Notes under the pieces: generated by a model | Databases searched by the model: none | Told to the model about the DNA's origin: nothing | What the model saw: the letters and a program-made list of their open reading frames with translations, nothing else | Origin: Myxococcota bacterium | Lineage (GTDB): Bacteria > Planctomycetota > UBA1135 | NCBI GenBank assembly: GCA_047638975.1 | Contig: JBLINB010000002.1 | Coordinates: 12,487-76,486 of the forward strand | Length of the DNA: 64,000 nucleotides | Direction: 5' to 3' | Shown here: in pieces, positions 11,201-18,969 of the stretch | Layout of the letters: every line of letters starts with the position of its first letter | Position numbering within the stretch: position 1 is the stretch's first letter | Program-made: the position numbers and the translations under genes

Positions 11201-11461
11201 AGCACTAAGGCTAATGACAGAAGACGATGTGGCGAGATGATCTACCAGGACATCTTCCTCAACTAAGTCGCCACCGACATCATAGACATCGACGATACGG
11301 CCCCATTCTATGGACTCTAAAAAGAGACCTTTTGCGTCGGCATTGGCCTGGTCGCTAGTACTGAGATCGGCAACAGAAATACATGATGCGGCCAGCAGCG
11401 TAAATAATATTGCCAGCTTGGGGAGCGAGCTAAAACTAAGTGATCTTGAGGTGTTTGCCAA
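8240..11461 (-). CDS. Giant putative surface lipoprotein (1073 aa) with Ig-like domains; paralog of 5096..8233
   Basis: TTG start, lipobox LAASC; motifs WGRIVDV, RNAAVRLNFN, VLVHFDEAID, DEDGDGNAE. Confidence 0.78.
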   Translation of the reverse strand: MANTSRSLSFSSLPKLAILFTLLAASCISVADLSTSDQANADAKGLFLESIEWGRIVDVYDVGGDLVEEDVLVDHLATSSSVISLSANAVTQKESLFIQFPEASAEFSTLLLDLKTNLQTISRRDVLGELTYDMSARNAAVRLNFNLAIDPGSVDSSSVQVFHGSSKDDLAQFPVRYVVKNNSSTNTSHKGGILVDPTVSQSEAAEEQLPANVIGFGQSSDLNDYNLVIYIPTRIDLVNGVYSVLSTVDGAFGPSRKNDSEPVQITGLENYMLLAALRTGNYLDSFKGFMRDAIRPSLLGIKNSTITSHAVSGSNIDVVYSIDAVNCQGLAPKIGDVFEVVDNLGKNNVWTVVSIIDPVAPFYNVRCVNSDYSSGSQYSPVVAGRLSTRYSAVDSNIQACYLDIIPNPVASLPVGGILDDATVLVHFDEAIDPATMLSMSTFVIVQPDDLLSPDPQNIKETEAAWYRQVDASESVADFIERQRGYDYRVTTAGPASPDSEYGGRILFGQVISSDSNRTFSITPVSGWQDLDTTDAFDEYVVALRDGVNGIKDMSGNQIKMTSFVAGNDGQNIQLSILHQNPQNARYFSLLFGAVDEDGDGNAEWAGQVNATDFPGKHTGRPPSRFTVAADNSQLALANAGGNGSAADGTAPSEPLIFAGAVVMNVYRPEDFGFGYEDVTEFNYSIEGLSWSPLDGLVYDENYNEISLALSHSFSMPDNMFVTPPVTVVWPQSGMLTSSFNDNVLGFTANGQSGIDELNMFSSAYYVRAIDKYRVNGIEYLPWPDFTSQFVWRDTAFDQAYHGGRGASAGAPTDNYITMLGQWDPIAKRYAPGSIPTVALPLQCRFRTYPQVDALSLNAFRTTLMMNPAATTPKLPMFRIYSAGGQDATGTWQRVQPDQAGESGGIPIGGYRNGLPTAEVGDDLVYWAAADFSVEVSRMHSHWFDISGPLNTGTINGVLIEPAAEDQPTGTSVEIEYRGSLAVAAGNNPFENKTPLNDASVRLGVTGSGGNAFDHYGDFVALVGTVATPSAWTTDITELEGQGYSFIQVRVSFMSNADLDLRPTLDGLGIVWTN

Positions 11462-11498
11462 GTGATTATGGTGGTTTACAAGTTAAACTTGATTATCA

Positions 11499-11579
11499 AC
11501 AGCCCGTCACCCACAAAAGGTTGTGGGCTAAGACATTGGGACTTGTATCCTAATATCGCGGAGCAGAAAAACGGGCTAT
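11499..11579 (-). promoter_or_regulatory. Candidate structured 5' leader RNA (three-way junction)
   Basis: On the minus strand AUAGCCCGU/ACGGGCUGU encloses hairpins GAUAUUAGGA-uacaag-UCCCAAUGUC (one mismatch) and GCCCACAA-ccuu-UUGUGGGU. Confidence 0.45.
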
Positions 11580-11594
11580 GATTTATCATAAATA

Positions 11595-11610
11595 TGCAAA
11601 AAGCATGCCA
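11595..11610 (-). promoter_or_regulatory. Sigma-54 (-24/-12) promoter
   Basis: Minus strand TGGCATGCTTTTTGCA matches TGGCA-N6-TTGCA with exact GG-N10-GC spacing; intergenic, about 135 bp upstream of the lipoprotein cluster and in the right orientation. Confidence 0.8.
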
Positions 11611-11660
11611 ACTTTTTTTCGAGGAAATACTTACTTTTCGCGCTATTCAAGCGCGGTTAT

Positions 11661-11674
11661 GTGCGATATCGCAC
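11661..11674. promoter_or_regulatory. Perfect 14-bp palindrome, candidate enhancer-binding-protein site
   Basis: GTGCGATATCGCAC, about 50 bp upstream of the -24 element. Confidence 0.35.
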
Positions 11675-11679
11675 GCTAG

Positions 11680-12999
11680 CTATTGCCCCCAGCGAAAACC
11701 GCTTTCTTCGGCATCTGCACGACAGCTAAAGGGATGCATGTTTTCTGGGCTAATTCGCTGTGCTACAGGAGAATGCTGTGCATGGAACCTGCGCGTAGAG
11801 GAGCAGCCAATATAATCGACGCCTAACTGCGAGTCGCACAGAGAACAGAGGAAAACCCTACTTGAACGGCCAAAAATACGCCACGGGAATGGCTCATTCT
11901 CGTGACGACTGACACAGCTAGAATTCGGGCATTCTTTCAAACTATGTACATTGTTGCCCGCCGACAATGAACGCAATGGTAATAACGAGTGGTCTTGCCC
12001 AGCCAATGCCGCCAAGAACACCGCCTGACGCACAACAGGCCCATTCGCTGCTTGCTCAAAATAAATGGCTCGCTCATCAGTATCAATTTCGGTTGGAAGC
12101 TCGTCGCGACGCGGAAGTGGGTGCAAAAACAGGCATTTTTCGAGTAATTTGTTCGAAATCATGTCTATATCGATGCCTGGGAACACCGAAGATGAGACGC
12201 TAGCTCCACGCTCGACCTGCAGCCTTGTCAAATATAAGGCGTCTAGAGATTCTAGCTTCGGGACCTCGACACCAAACAAGTCTTTTTGCACTAAGCCTTT
12301 TGGCTCAATGATTCTTGCCTCTGAGTTACCTGTCCAGGTGGCAAACAATGGATGCGACACCCATCGCAAGCGCAAATCGAAATGATCTATGATGCGCTGC
12401 TCGAAGCTAGCCGGCCAATCTAAGCCAGGACCCGGCAGTAAAACGACTCGCACGCCGAGCATAGCCAGTGACCAAGCCAATGAACGCACGGTTCTTCCGT
12501 TAGACAAGTCGCCAAGTAAGGCAACCGTCTTGCCCTCGAACTCGCCCTCCCACTTTTTATGCAAGGTGTATAAATCTACAAGAGTTTGCGTTGGATGCCC
12601 CAGGCGTCCGTCACCACCATTAATAATTGGCACCTTCGAATAACGAGATGCGTAACGCGATGCCCCGTCAGAAGGATGCCGCAGAACCATCAAATCAGCA
12701 TAACTACTAATGACGCGTATCGTGTCTGCCAATGATTCGCCCTTAGAGCCAGACGTCGACTTTGGGTCGGACACACTAATGATGCCAGCGCCGAGTCGCA
12801 AGCCTGCAGATTCAAAGGAGAGCCGCGTACGAGTGGATGGTTCGTTGAAAACCGTAGCAATCACTTTGCCGGACAAGGCTTTAGAATATTTTTGTGGCTG
12901 CGCTTCGATATCACTTGCGCAAGCAAACAGCGACTCTAAGAACGAGACGCTAAGTGCCTCGGTTGAATGGAGTCCGTCGATAGTCGGCAATAATGTCAC
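11680..12999 (-). CDS. pyrB: Aspartate carbamoyltransferase catalytic subunit with C-terminal PyrI-like Zn finger and Ada-like extension
   Basis: FNEPSTRTRLSFE, SKGESLADT, HPTQTLVD, TRLQVER and HPLPR motifs; C-terminal CPNSSC...CSLC. Confidence 0.92.
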   Translation of the reverse strand: MTLLPTIDGLHSTEALSVSFLESLFACASDIEAQPQKYSKALSGKVIATVFNEPSTRTRLSFESAGLRLGAGIISVSDPKSTSGSKGESLADTIRVISSYADLMVLRHPSDGASRYASRYSKVPIINGGDGRLGHPTQTLVDLYTLHKKWEGEFEGKTVALLGDLSNGRTVRSLAWSLAMLGVRVVLLPGPGLDWPASFEQRIIDHFDLRLRWVSHPLFATWTGNSEARIIEPKGLVQKDLFGVEVPKLESLDALYLTRLQVERGASVSSSVFPGIDIDMISNKLLEKCLFLHPLPRRDELPTEIDTDERAIYFEQAANGPVVRQAVFLAALAGQDHSLLPLRSLSAGNNVHSLKECPNSSCVSRHENEPFPWRIFGRSSRVFLCSLCDSQLGVDYIGCSSTRRFHAQHSPVAQRISPENMHPFSCRADAEESGFRWGQ

Positions 13000-13029
13000 T
13001 GCAGTGGTAGCTTAGTATTTAAGCTCGCT

Positions 13030-13929
13030 CTAGGATAACTGTTCGCTAGTAAGTACGCCCCATTTTTTAAATAAAGCTTCTTCGATTGCGGTACACCGCT
13101 GTTGATGGCTGGGCATGTCTAACCTTAGTACTTTACTAGTGAGGCTATCTGCTTGATTCAGGCCGACATCAAGATCGCAACGATTTAAACAAACGATATC
13201 ACCATGCTTCAGCCGTGAATTTATTAACTGATGCAAAGAGTCATTGATTGCGGCAGCCGAGTCAAGAATCCAAATGCATTCATCCACTTCAGCGATTAAT
13301 TCAAGCGACATCTTTACCGCTGCCGCATCATTGCCGTCAGCGCTCACATCCCATATACCAGCGCTATCTATCAAGGTTGCCGCTAACGCATTGTCGCCAA
13401 CGCCAAGAAAAACAGGCTCTTCGACGAAATCTCTAGTCGTCCCCTTGTGGGAAGTCACCGTAACACGCTTTTCGTTCAGCCATGCGTTAAACAACGTCGA
13501 CTTACCCGCATTAGGCGGACCAAGCAAGGCGATGCGCGGCGGTTTCAACAACCGATTGCGCCACGCATCATTCATTTTAGGTAATGAACTTTCACCGGCG
13601 AGCATTCGCAACGCCAACGGTGACTTAGCATTAATAAAAGTGGACGGCTCGTTAGATAGCTCTAGCCATCCGTTTTGTGACATGAATTGGCGTAAGGCTT
13701 GGCTTACACCAAAGCCACCATGGAAGTGCGCCTCGAACACGCCTTCGCTTTTTCTTAGCAACAAAAATTCGTCAAAATCTAAAGCGCCTTGTTGCAGCTT
13801 GACGAGTTTAAAACTATTTACTGCCGGTGCCTTTATGGCCAATAACTGTTCAAGCTCAAGCACCGAAGCGCACAACTCGAAGATCGATAACGCGCTTGGT
13901 CCAGGAGCTGAAAGTTGGCGGTAATCCAT
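13030..13929 (-). CDS. Short MnmE/TrmE-like GTPase
   Basis: G1 GPPNAGKS, G2 GTTRD, G3 DSAG, G4 NRCD; N-terminal SAPGPSAL and EAHFHGG resemble TrmE_N; no C-terminal CxGK. Confidence 0.7.
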   Translation of the reverse strand: MDYRQLSAPGPSALSIFELCASVLELEQLLAIKAPAVNSFKLVKLQQGALDFDEFLLLRKSEGVFEAHFHGGFGVSQALRQFMSQNGWLELSNEPSTFINAKSPLALRMLAGESSLPKMNDAWRNRLLKPPRIALLGPPNAGKSTLFNAWLNEKRVTVTSHKGTTRDFVEEPVFLGVGDNALAATLIDSAGIWDVSADGNDAAAVKMSLELIAEVDECIWILDSAAAINDSLHQLINSRLKHGDIVCLNRCDLDVGLNQADSLTSKVLRLDMPSHQQRCTAIEEALFKKWGVLTSEQLS

Positions 13930-13931
13930 TG

Positions 13932-14633
13932 CTACAGAGAATCGATGACTAGCTGCATGCCATCAAAAACCAAGTCGGGTTTGTGCTTCCATTTTGGTAG
14001 CAGCGGCAGCAGTTGTTCGGCATCTCCGCCGCAAACATAAACGGTCACCGGCGCGTTTAATTGCTGCTTATAGACAGACACCAGTTCTTGGATGGACAAT
14101 GCCAAAGCGCGATGGGTGCCGTCATAAACTGCACCGGCAGTGGTCGCCGGTATACTCGAGCTATCGCTAGCGGGTGCCGCCAAATGGGGTGCCGCAGCAT
14201 TTAAAGCGGCAATTTGGGTGCCAAGTCCTGGGCCTATCGCTCCGCCATGAAACTGTTGCAGTTCATCGACCACATCAATGGTGAAAGCCGTTCCGAGATC
14301 GACGACTATCGCAGCCGTCGACGCCATCCCTGCAGCGGCCAAGGACGCGAGCAAACGGTCGACTCCGGTAGCAGTTGACTTTATGCGTAATGGAATATCA
14401 TCGGCAGTCAATTGGCGCGCGGCATAAGGCGCCAACATTTCTTTCACCCGTGAATCCGTTTGTGGTGCTGAACTGGTGTAGACAATGGATTGCAAAGGCA
14501 ATTCAGCTAAATAGTTTTCGAAGTCGCGCAGGCGTTGTTCGCTATGCCAATCAAATGCGCTGCAAGAGTTATTCCAGCGAGTTTTAATTTGGCGATTGCC
14601 AATATCTAACAGCAATACAGCGTCTAGAGTCAT
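13932..14633 (-). CDS. coaX: Type III pantothenate kinase
   Basis: LLLDIGNRQIK, GVDR, VVDLGTAFTID, GGAIGPG, CGGDA motifs. Confidence 0.92.
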   Translation of the reverse strand: MTLDAVLLLDIGNRQIKTRWNNSCSAFDWHSEQRLRDFENYLAELPLQSIVYTSSAPQTDSRVKEMLAPYAARQLTADDIPLRIKSTATGVDRLLASLAAAGMASTAAIVVDLGTAFTIDVVDELQQFHGGAIGPGLGTQIAALNAAAPHLAAPASDSSSIPATTAGAVYDGTHRALALSIQELVSVYKQQLNAPVTVYVCGGDAEQLLPLLPKWKHKPDLVFDGMQLVIDSL

Positions 14634-14639
14634 GCCGTT

Positions 14640-15587
14640 TTAGGGGACAGCGAAGAACAAAGTGCGCATACCACCCATACGTTCAATTTTGACTTCGACA
14701 CTAGAGCCTGACATCTGCTGCAACGAAGTAAACAGTTGTTGGCGGTCGGTAGCGGCAACGCCATTAACCGCGAGCACGATGTCATCTGCCTGCACTCCCA
14801 TGCGCGAGAAAATCGAATTAGGCTGTACGCTGCGAATGCGTAATCCTTTTACCTTATTGGTAAACGGGTCACGTTCGGTGCGTACTGGCAAAGCTGCCAA
14901 CACTTGTTCTTGCGACATTTGCTCTAGTTCAGAGACATCTGCTGAGCCTACGGCATAGTGATTCGGTGACGTCATACTGGTTCGCTCAGTAATAACGACA
15001 TCAGCAGTATCTACCGAGGTACCACTTGAGTTGTTCACTATGATTTGCGAGCTGTCTACTTCATAGGCAGTCACTGGCACAGTAACACGGGCTTCACCTT
15101 CGACCAATTCTATTTCGACTGCACCCTCTAGCAGAGAAACCAAACGCAACTTAACGCCCAGCTTTGTTGAGAGTTCGAACTCGTCGCCAACAATGTAAAA
15201 ATCTCCGGTGAGCGCTTCTGCATTAGTAGCTTCGCCGGCTCCTTGAATCCAGGCGCCACTTGGGTACTGAAGAAATGGAACTACGAAATCTTCAGCAGCA
15301 ATAATCTGATGCACCTTCGGCTGCTCTTCGACAGTGACTTCTGGCGGAGGCGCTACATAGCCAGTGATATTTAGATCTTGCAACACTTTATAGTTTTCGA
15401 AGGCCAATAAATGCCCACCAAGTTGTGAAGAATCAAGGCGTCCAAAAGTGTTTTCTAAGCGGGTAATGTCAACCGATCGCATTAAGGTATCGCGATTAAT
15501 CATGAAATCTTTGATTTGCAGGCCAAATCCACCGAGGGCTATTAAACCAACGGATGACAACAACAATCTAAGCAGCTTTTCGTTCAC
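14640..15587 (-). CDS. Membrane-anchored PDZ-domain protein, GspC-like
   Basis: N-terminal TM segment; C-terminal PDZ 'GLRIRSVQPNSIFSRMGVQADDIVLAVNG...VKIERMG' as in type II secretion protein C. Confidence 0.6.
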   Translation of the reverse strand: MNEKLLRLLLSSVGLIALGGFGLQIKDFMINRDTLMRSVDITRLENTFGRLDSSQLGGHLLAFENYKVLQDLNITGYVAPPPEVTVEEQPKVHQIIAAEDFVVPFLQYPSGAWIQGAGEATNAEALTGDFYIVGDEFELSTKLGVKLRLVSLLEGAVEIELVEGEARVTVPVTAYEVDSSQIIVNNSSGTSVDTADVVITERTSMTSPNHYAVGSADVSELEQMSQEQVLAALPVRTERDPFTNKVKGLRIRSVQPNSIFSRMGVQADDIVLAVNGVAATDRQQLFTSLQQMSGSSVEVKIERMGGMRTLFFAVP

Positions 15588-15654
15588 AGTACTATCTTAA
15601 CCTTTCGGGAGAGTTATTTCGACGCTACAAGTCGACATAGTCTTGCATGTTTCT

Positions 15655-16692
15655 CTAAGAACCACGAGTGTCGCTAAAATTGTCGGCATTACGCATCTCT
15701 TGCAATTTGAGCTTAAGCTGCGGCAAACCTTCAGCCTTAACCGATGATATACAGAATTCTGGCTGGCCAATAGCGGCAAAAAACTCGCGTGCCTTGGCAG
15801 CAGAAGCCTCAGTTTCTATTTTTGTTGCAACCACCAATGTTGGTCGTTCGGCAAGCGCCGCACTATGCGCAGTAATTTCAGCGCGAATAGTGTTATATGC
15901 CTCTAGAGGTTCATCTGAAGCGAATTCAGAGCAGTCCACTAAGTGCAACAATATTTTAGTACGCTCTACGTGGCGCAAGAACTGCACGCCCAAACCTTTG
16001 CCTTCGGCGGCCCCTTCGATGATGCCAGGGATGTCTGCAATGACAATGGGCTGGCCAAAGTCTTGCATGTCAATAATACCCAAAGACGGATCTAGAGTAG
16101 TAAACGGGTAATCGGCAACTCGAGCACGCGATGACGTGACGCAGTTCATTAATGTAGATTTTCCGGCGTTGGGCAAGCCCAGCAACCCGACATCTGCTAC
16201 TAATTTCAATTCGAGGCGCAATTTTCTTTCTTCGCCACGCGTACCTTCTTCAAAATAAGTCGGCGCTTGACGCGTTGCTGTTGCAAAACGCGCATTACCG
16301 CGTCCGCCACGTCCGCCAGCCGCAACGATTAATCGCTGCCCCTCTTCAGTGAGGTCGGCCAAACAGTTATTGCGTTCGAAGTCGAATATTTGAGTGCCAA
16401 CGGGGACTAGGATTTCTATTGTTTCGCCACCGCTACCGCTGCAATTATTATTGCCGCCAGGCTGGCCGTTCGTTGCGCGCGCGTGAAAATCGCGACTAAT
16501 TCTATACAGTGAATTTTCGTTACAATCTGCAATCAAAATAACATCGCCACCATCACCGCCATCGCCACCAGATGGACCACCATGTGTTATATATTTTTCA
16601 CGGTGAAAAGCACTACAGCCCGGGCCACCATTGCCAGCAATGGCAATCATTACCGCCTCATCGCGGAACATGTTTTCTATACGAGCAGACAT
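15655..16692 (-). CDS. obgE: GTPase ObgE/CgtA
   Basis: Gly-rich Obg domain; LELKLVADVGLLGLPNAGKST, YPFTT, DIPG. Confidence 0.97.
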   Translation of the reverse strand: MSARIENMFRDEAVMIAIAGNGGPGCSAFHREKYITHGGPSGGDGGDGGDVILIADCNENSLYRISRDFHARATNGQPGGNNNCSGSGGETIEILVPVGTQIFDFERNNCLADLTEEGQRLIVAAGGRGGRGNARFATATRQAPTYFEEGTRGEERKLRLELKLVADVGLLGLPNAGKSTLMNCVTSSRARVADYPFTTLDPSLGIIDMQDFGQPIVIADIPGIIEGAAEGKGLGVQFLRHVERTKILLHLVDCSEFASDEPLEAYNTIRAEITAHSAALAERPTLVVATKIETEASAAKAREFFAAIGQPEFCISSVKAEGLPQLKLKLQEMRNADNFSDTRGS

Positions 16693-16704
16693 CTTATTAA
16701 AATC

Positions 16705-16735
16705 AAAAACCCAAACGCTGGATGCGTTTAGGTTT
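16705..16735 (-). terminator. Intrinsic terminator after rpmA
   Basis: Minus strand AAACCUAAACGC-aucca-GCGUUUGGGUUU followed by Us. Confidence 0.6.
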
Positions 16736-16764
16736 AAAGTTTAGCACCGCGGAGGTGCTAGGAG

Positions 16765-17013
16765 TTATGCGTCTAGTGGAACTACACTAACGCGCTTACG
16801 TGATTGGTACTCGACGGTGCCATCCCATAATGCGAACAAAGTGTAATCGTTACCAACACCAACACCGCGACCAGCATGATGCTTGGTGCCGCATTGACGC
16901 ACTAAAATATTGCCGGCGCGCACAGCTTCACCGCCGTACTTCTTGATGCCACGCATTTTCGAGTTAGAATCACGACCATTGGTTGTCGAACCACCACCTT
17001 TCTTATGTGCCAT
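16765..17013 (-). CDS. rpmA: 50S ribosomal protein bL27
   Basis: [16 protein letters not shown] signature. Confidence 0.98.
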   Translation of the reverse strand: MAHKKGGGSTTNGRDSNSKMRGIKKYGGEAVRAGNILVRQCGTKHHAGRGVGVGNDYTLFALWDGTVEYQSRKRVSVVPLDA

Positions 17014-17033
17014 TTCTTAAGCCTCGTATTTAG

Positions 17034-17354
17034 TTAACTACCCACGTTAATTTCTTTAACGCGAATAGATGTGTATTGTTGGCGGTGACCCAAACGGCGC
17101 TTGCTTGACTTGCGGCGTTTAAAGGTAGACACCAGAATCTTCTTGTCTTTGATATTGCCAATAATTTCGGCAGTAACGCTGGCACCAGCCACATGTGGCT
17201 CACCAACGCTGACGTTTCCGTCATCTGATTTAAGAAGCTGGACCTTATCGAAGACAATCTCGCTGCCAGCTTCGGCATCGAGTAAGTCAACCCATAGTAC
17301 ATCACCAGGGGTTAGTGTAAGGCATCGTGAACGGTCTTGGACTATTGCGTACAA
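17034..17354 (-). CDS. rplU: 50S ribosomal protein bL21
   Basis: MYAIV...FKRRK...GHRQQYT; directly upstream of rpmA. Confidence 0.96.
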   Translation of the reverse strand: MYAIVQDRSRCLTLTPGDVLWVDLLDAEAGSEIVFDKVQLLKSDDGNVSVGEPHVAGASVTAEIIGNIKDKKILVSTFKRRKSSKRRLGHRQQYTSIRVKEINVGS

Positions 17355-17400
17355 AGTAATTTCCTCTTGTTAAGGGCCATATAGTTTAACGAAGTGCTTG

Positions 17401-18969
17401 CTACTCGGCAAGGGCTTGTTGCACCTGAATTATTGGTTCACCAATGGGCACCTTAATGTCATCTTGCCATTCTACTTGGTGGCCCATGGGCTGAATCGTG
17501 TTCGTATCGCGCTTCATCAATGCAACCAATGAAGGATGAGCCCGTACAAACATTTTATGCGCCTCAGTGACAGCACGTAACTTGCGTATTACACGCAACT
17601 TAGCTGCTTCCAATTGCGCGCGGTGCCCAGTGCCGGCACACGAACGACATGGAACAAGCAGAGGTCGTAGAGGACCATTGCCTGTGCGGCGGCGCGTAAA
17701 GGACATAAGGCCAAATGAGCCGATATGTCCACATTTCATGCGCGCACGATCGTCCATTAGCCCACTGCGCAACGAAGATTCGACTTCGCGCCGGTGGTTG
17801 GCGTTACGCATATCGATAAAGTCGACAACGATGATGCCGCCTAAGTCGCGCAAACGTGTTTGGCGCGCGATCTCTTTTGCCGCTAGCATGTTCGTTTCGA
17901 AAGCAGTGTCCTCTAGGTTGTGCGCGTCTAAGCGCCCACTGTTTACATCTATAGCCACTAACGCTTCGGTTTGTTGAATCACCAGCGACGCCCCTTTACC
18001 CAGCGGTACCTTTTGACGAAAAAGACGCTGATACTGCTCTTCAATGATCATGCTTTCGAACAATGGCATCGACTTTTCATGCATGGACAATTCAACACGC
18101 GCGCCGGTTGCGCCTTTCTCTTTAAGGAACACTTCAAGCTCTTCATAGACCGCGGGCTCATCTACGACGATTTTCTCTAGACCGCCGTGAAATAATTCTC
18201 GTACCGCGCGCACCGCGGGTGATTCTTCTTCTAAGACCAAACCAGGGCTATCCGCTTTCGCAGCCATTTCCAGCAAAGTTTGCCATCGGCGTTCAAGGCG
18301 ACGAAAGTCGGCACGTAACACTTTCTTGGGCTCGTCCATTGCAGCAGTGCGCGCGATTACCGGCAACGGGGATTCAGCGACTATATCTGACAAATCGTCA
18401 CGTAGGCGCTGACGCTCTGTTTCGTCTTCAATTCTACGGCTAATTCCGATGCGGTCTAGAGACGGCATTAAGACTACGAATGAGCCGGCCAATGAAACGT
18501 AGGTTGACAAGGTTGCCCCTTTAGTTCCGACAGGGTCGCGCAAGACTTGCACTAATAATTTGCGCCCGACATAAACGAATTCATTTATCTTGTCTTGAGG
18601 GTCTGGATCCTCGGAAATATCTTCAAGGACCTCTTCTGCCGCATCTTCTGTGATGGGCTCATTTTCTGATTCAGGACGCACTTCTATTTGACGCATGAGA
18701 TCAACCGCCGACAACTCAAAGTCTTTTGCCGCTGGATGAATATTGCCGAGATGCAAGAAACCTACCTTGCGGTCATCAAACACTACAAAGGCGGCATCAA
18801 GGCCCGCTTCAACACGTGTAACTTCGGCGAGGTAAATATTGCCGACTATAGACTTATGATCAGGGCGCGAAGTACGCACATCAATCAGTTGCCCATCAAG
18901 GATGGTGGCCACTCGAACCTCTTCTGCATCAGAGGAGTTAACTAGTAAGGTGGTACCATTAATCGGCAC
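17401..18969 (-). CDS. RNase E/G family endoribonuclease
   Basis: VGNIY, AAFV and GFLH S1 motifs; TEALVAIDVNSG; RLRDLGGIIVVDFIDM; CxxC Zn-link. Confidence 0.93.
   Translation of the reverse strand: MPINGTTLLVNSSDAEEVRVATILDGQLIDVRTSRPDHKSIVGNIYLAEVTRVEAGLDAAFVVFDDRKVGFLHLGNIHPAAKDFELSAVDLMRQIEVRPESENEPITEDAAEEVLEDISEDPDPQDKINEFVYVGRKLLVQVLRDPVGTKGATLSTYVSLAGSFVVLMPSLDRIGISRRIEDETERQRLRDDLSDIVAESPLPVIARTAAMDEPKKVLRADFRRLERRWQTLLEMAAKADSPGLVLEEESPAVRAVRELFHGGLEKIVVDEPAVYEELEVFLKEKGATGARVELSMHEKSMPLFESMIIEEQYQRLFRQKVPLGKGASLVIQQTEALVAIDVNSGRLDAHNLEDTAFETNMLAAKEIARQTRLRDLGGIIVVDFIDMRNANHRREVESSLRSGLMDDRARMKCGHIGSFGLMSFTRRRTGNGPLRPLLVPCRSCAGTGHRAQLEAAKLRVIRKLRAVTEAHKMFVRAHPSLVALMKRDTNTIQPMGHQVEWQDDIKVPIGEPIIQVQQALAE

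Noticed and set aside
1558-11461. Giant proteins as prophage tail genes, autotransporters or RTX toxins
   Set aside because: No integrase, capsid or terminase genes; lipoprotein signals are present; no GGxGxD nonapeptide repeats or evident C-terminal beta-barrel.
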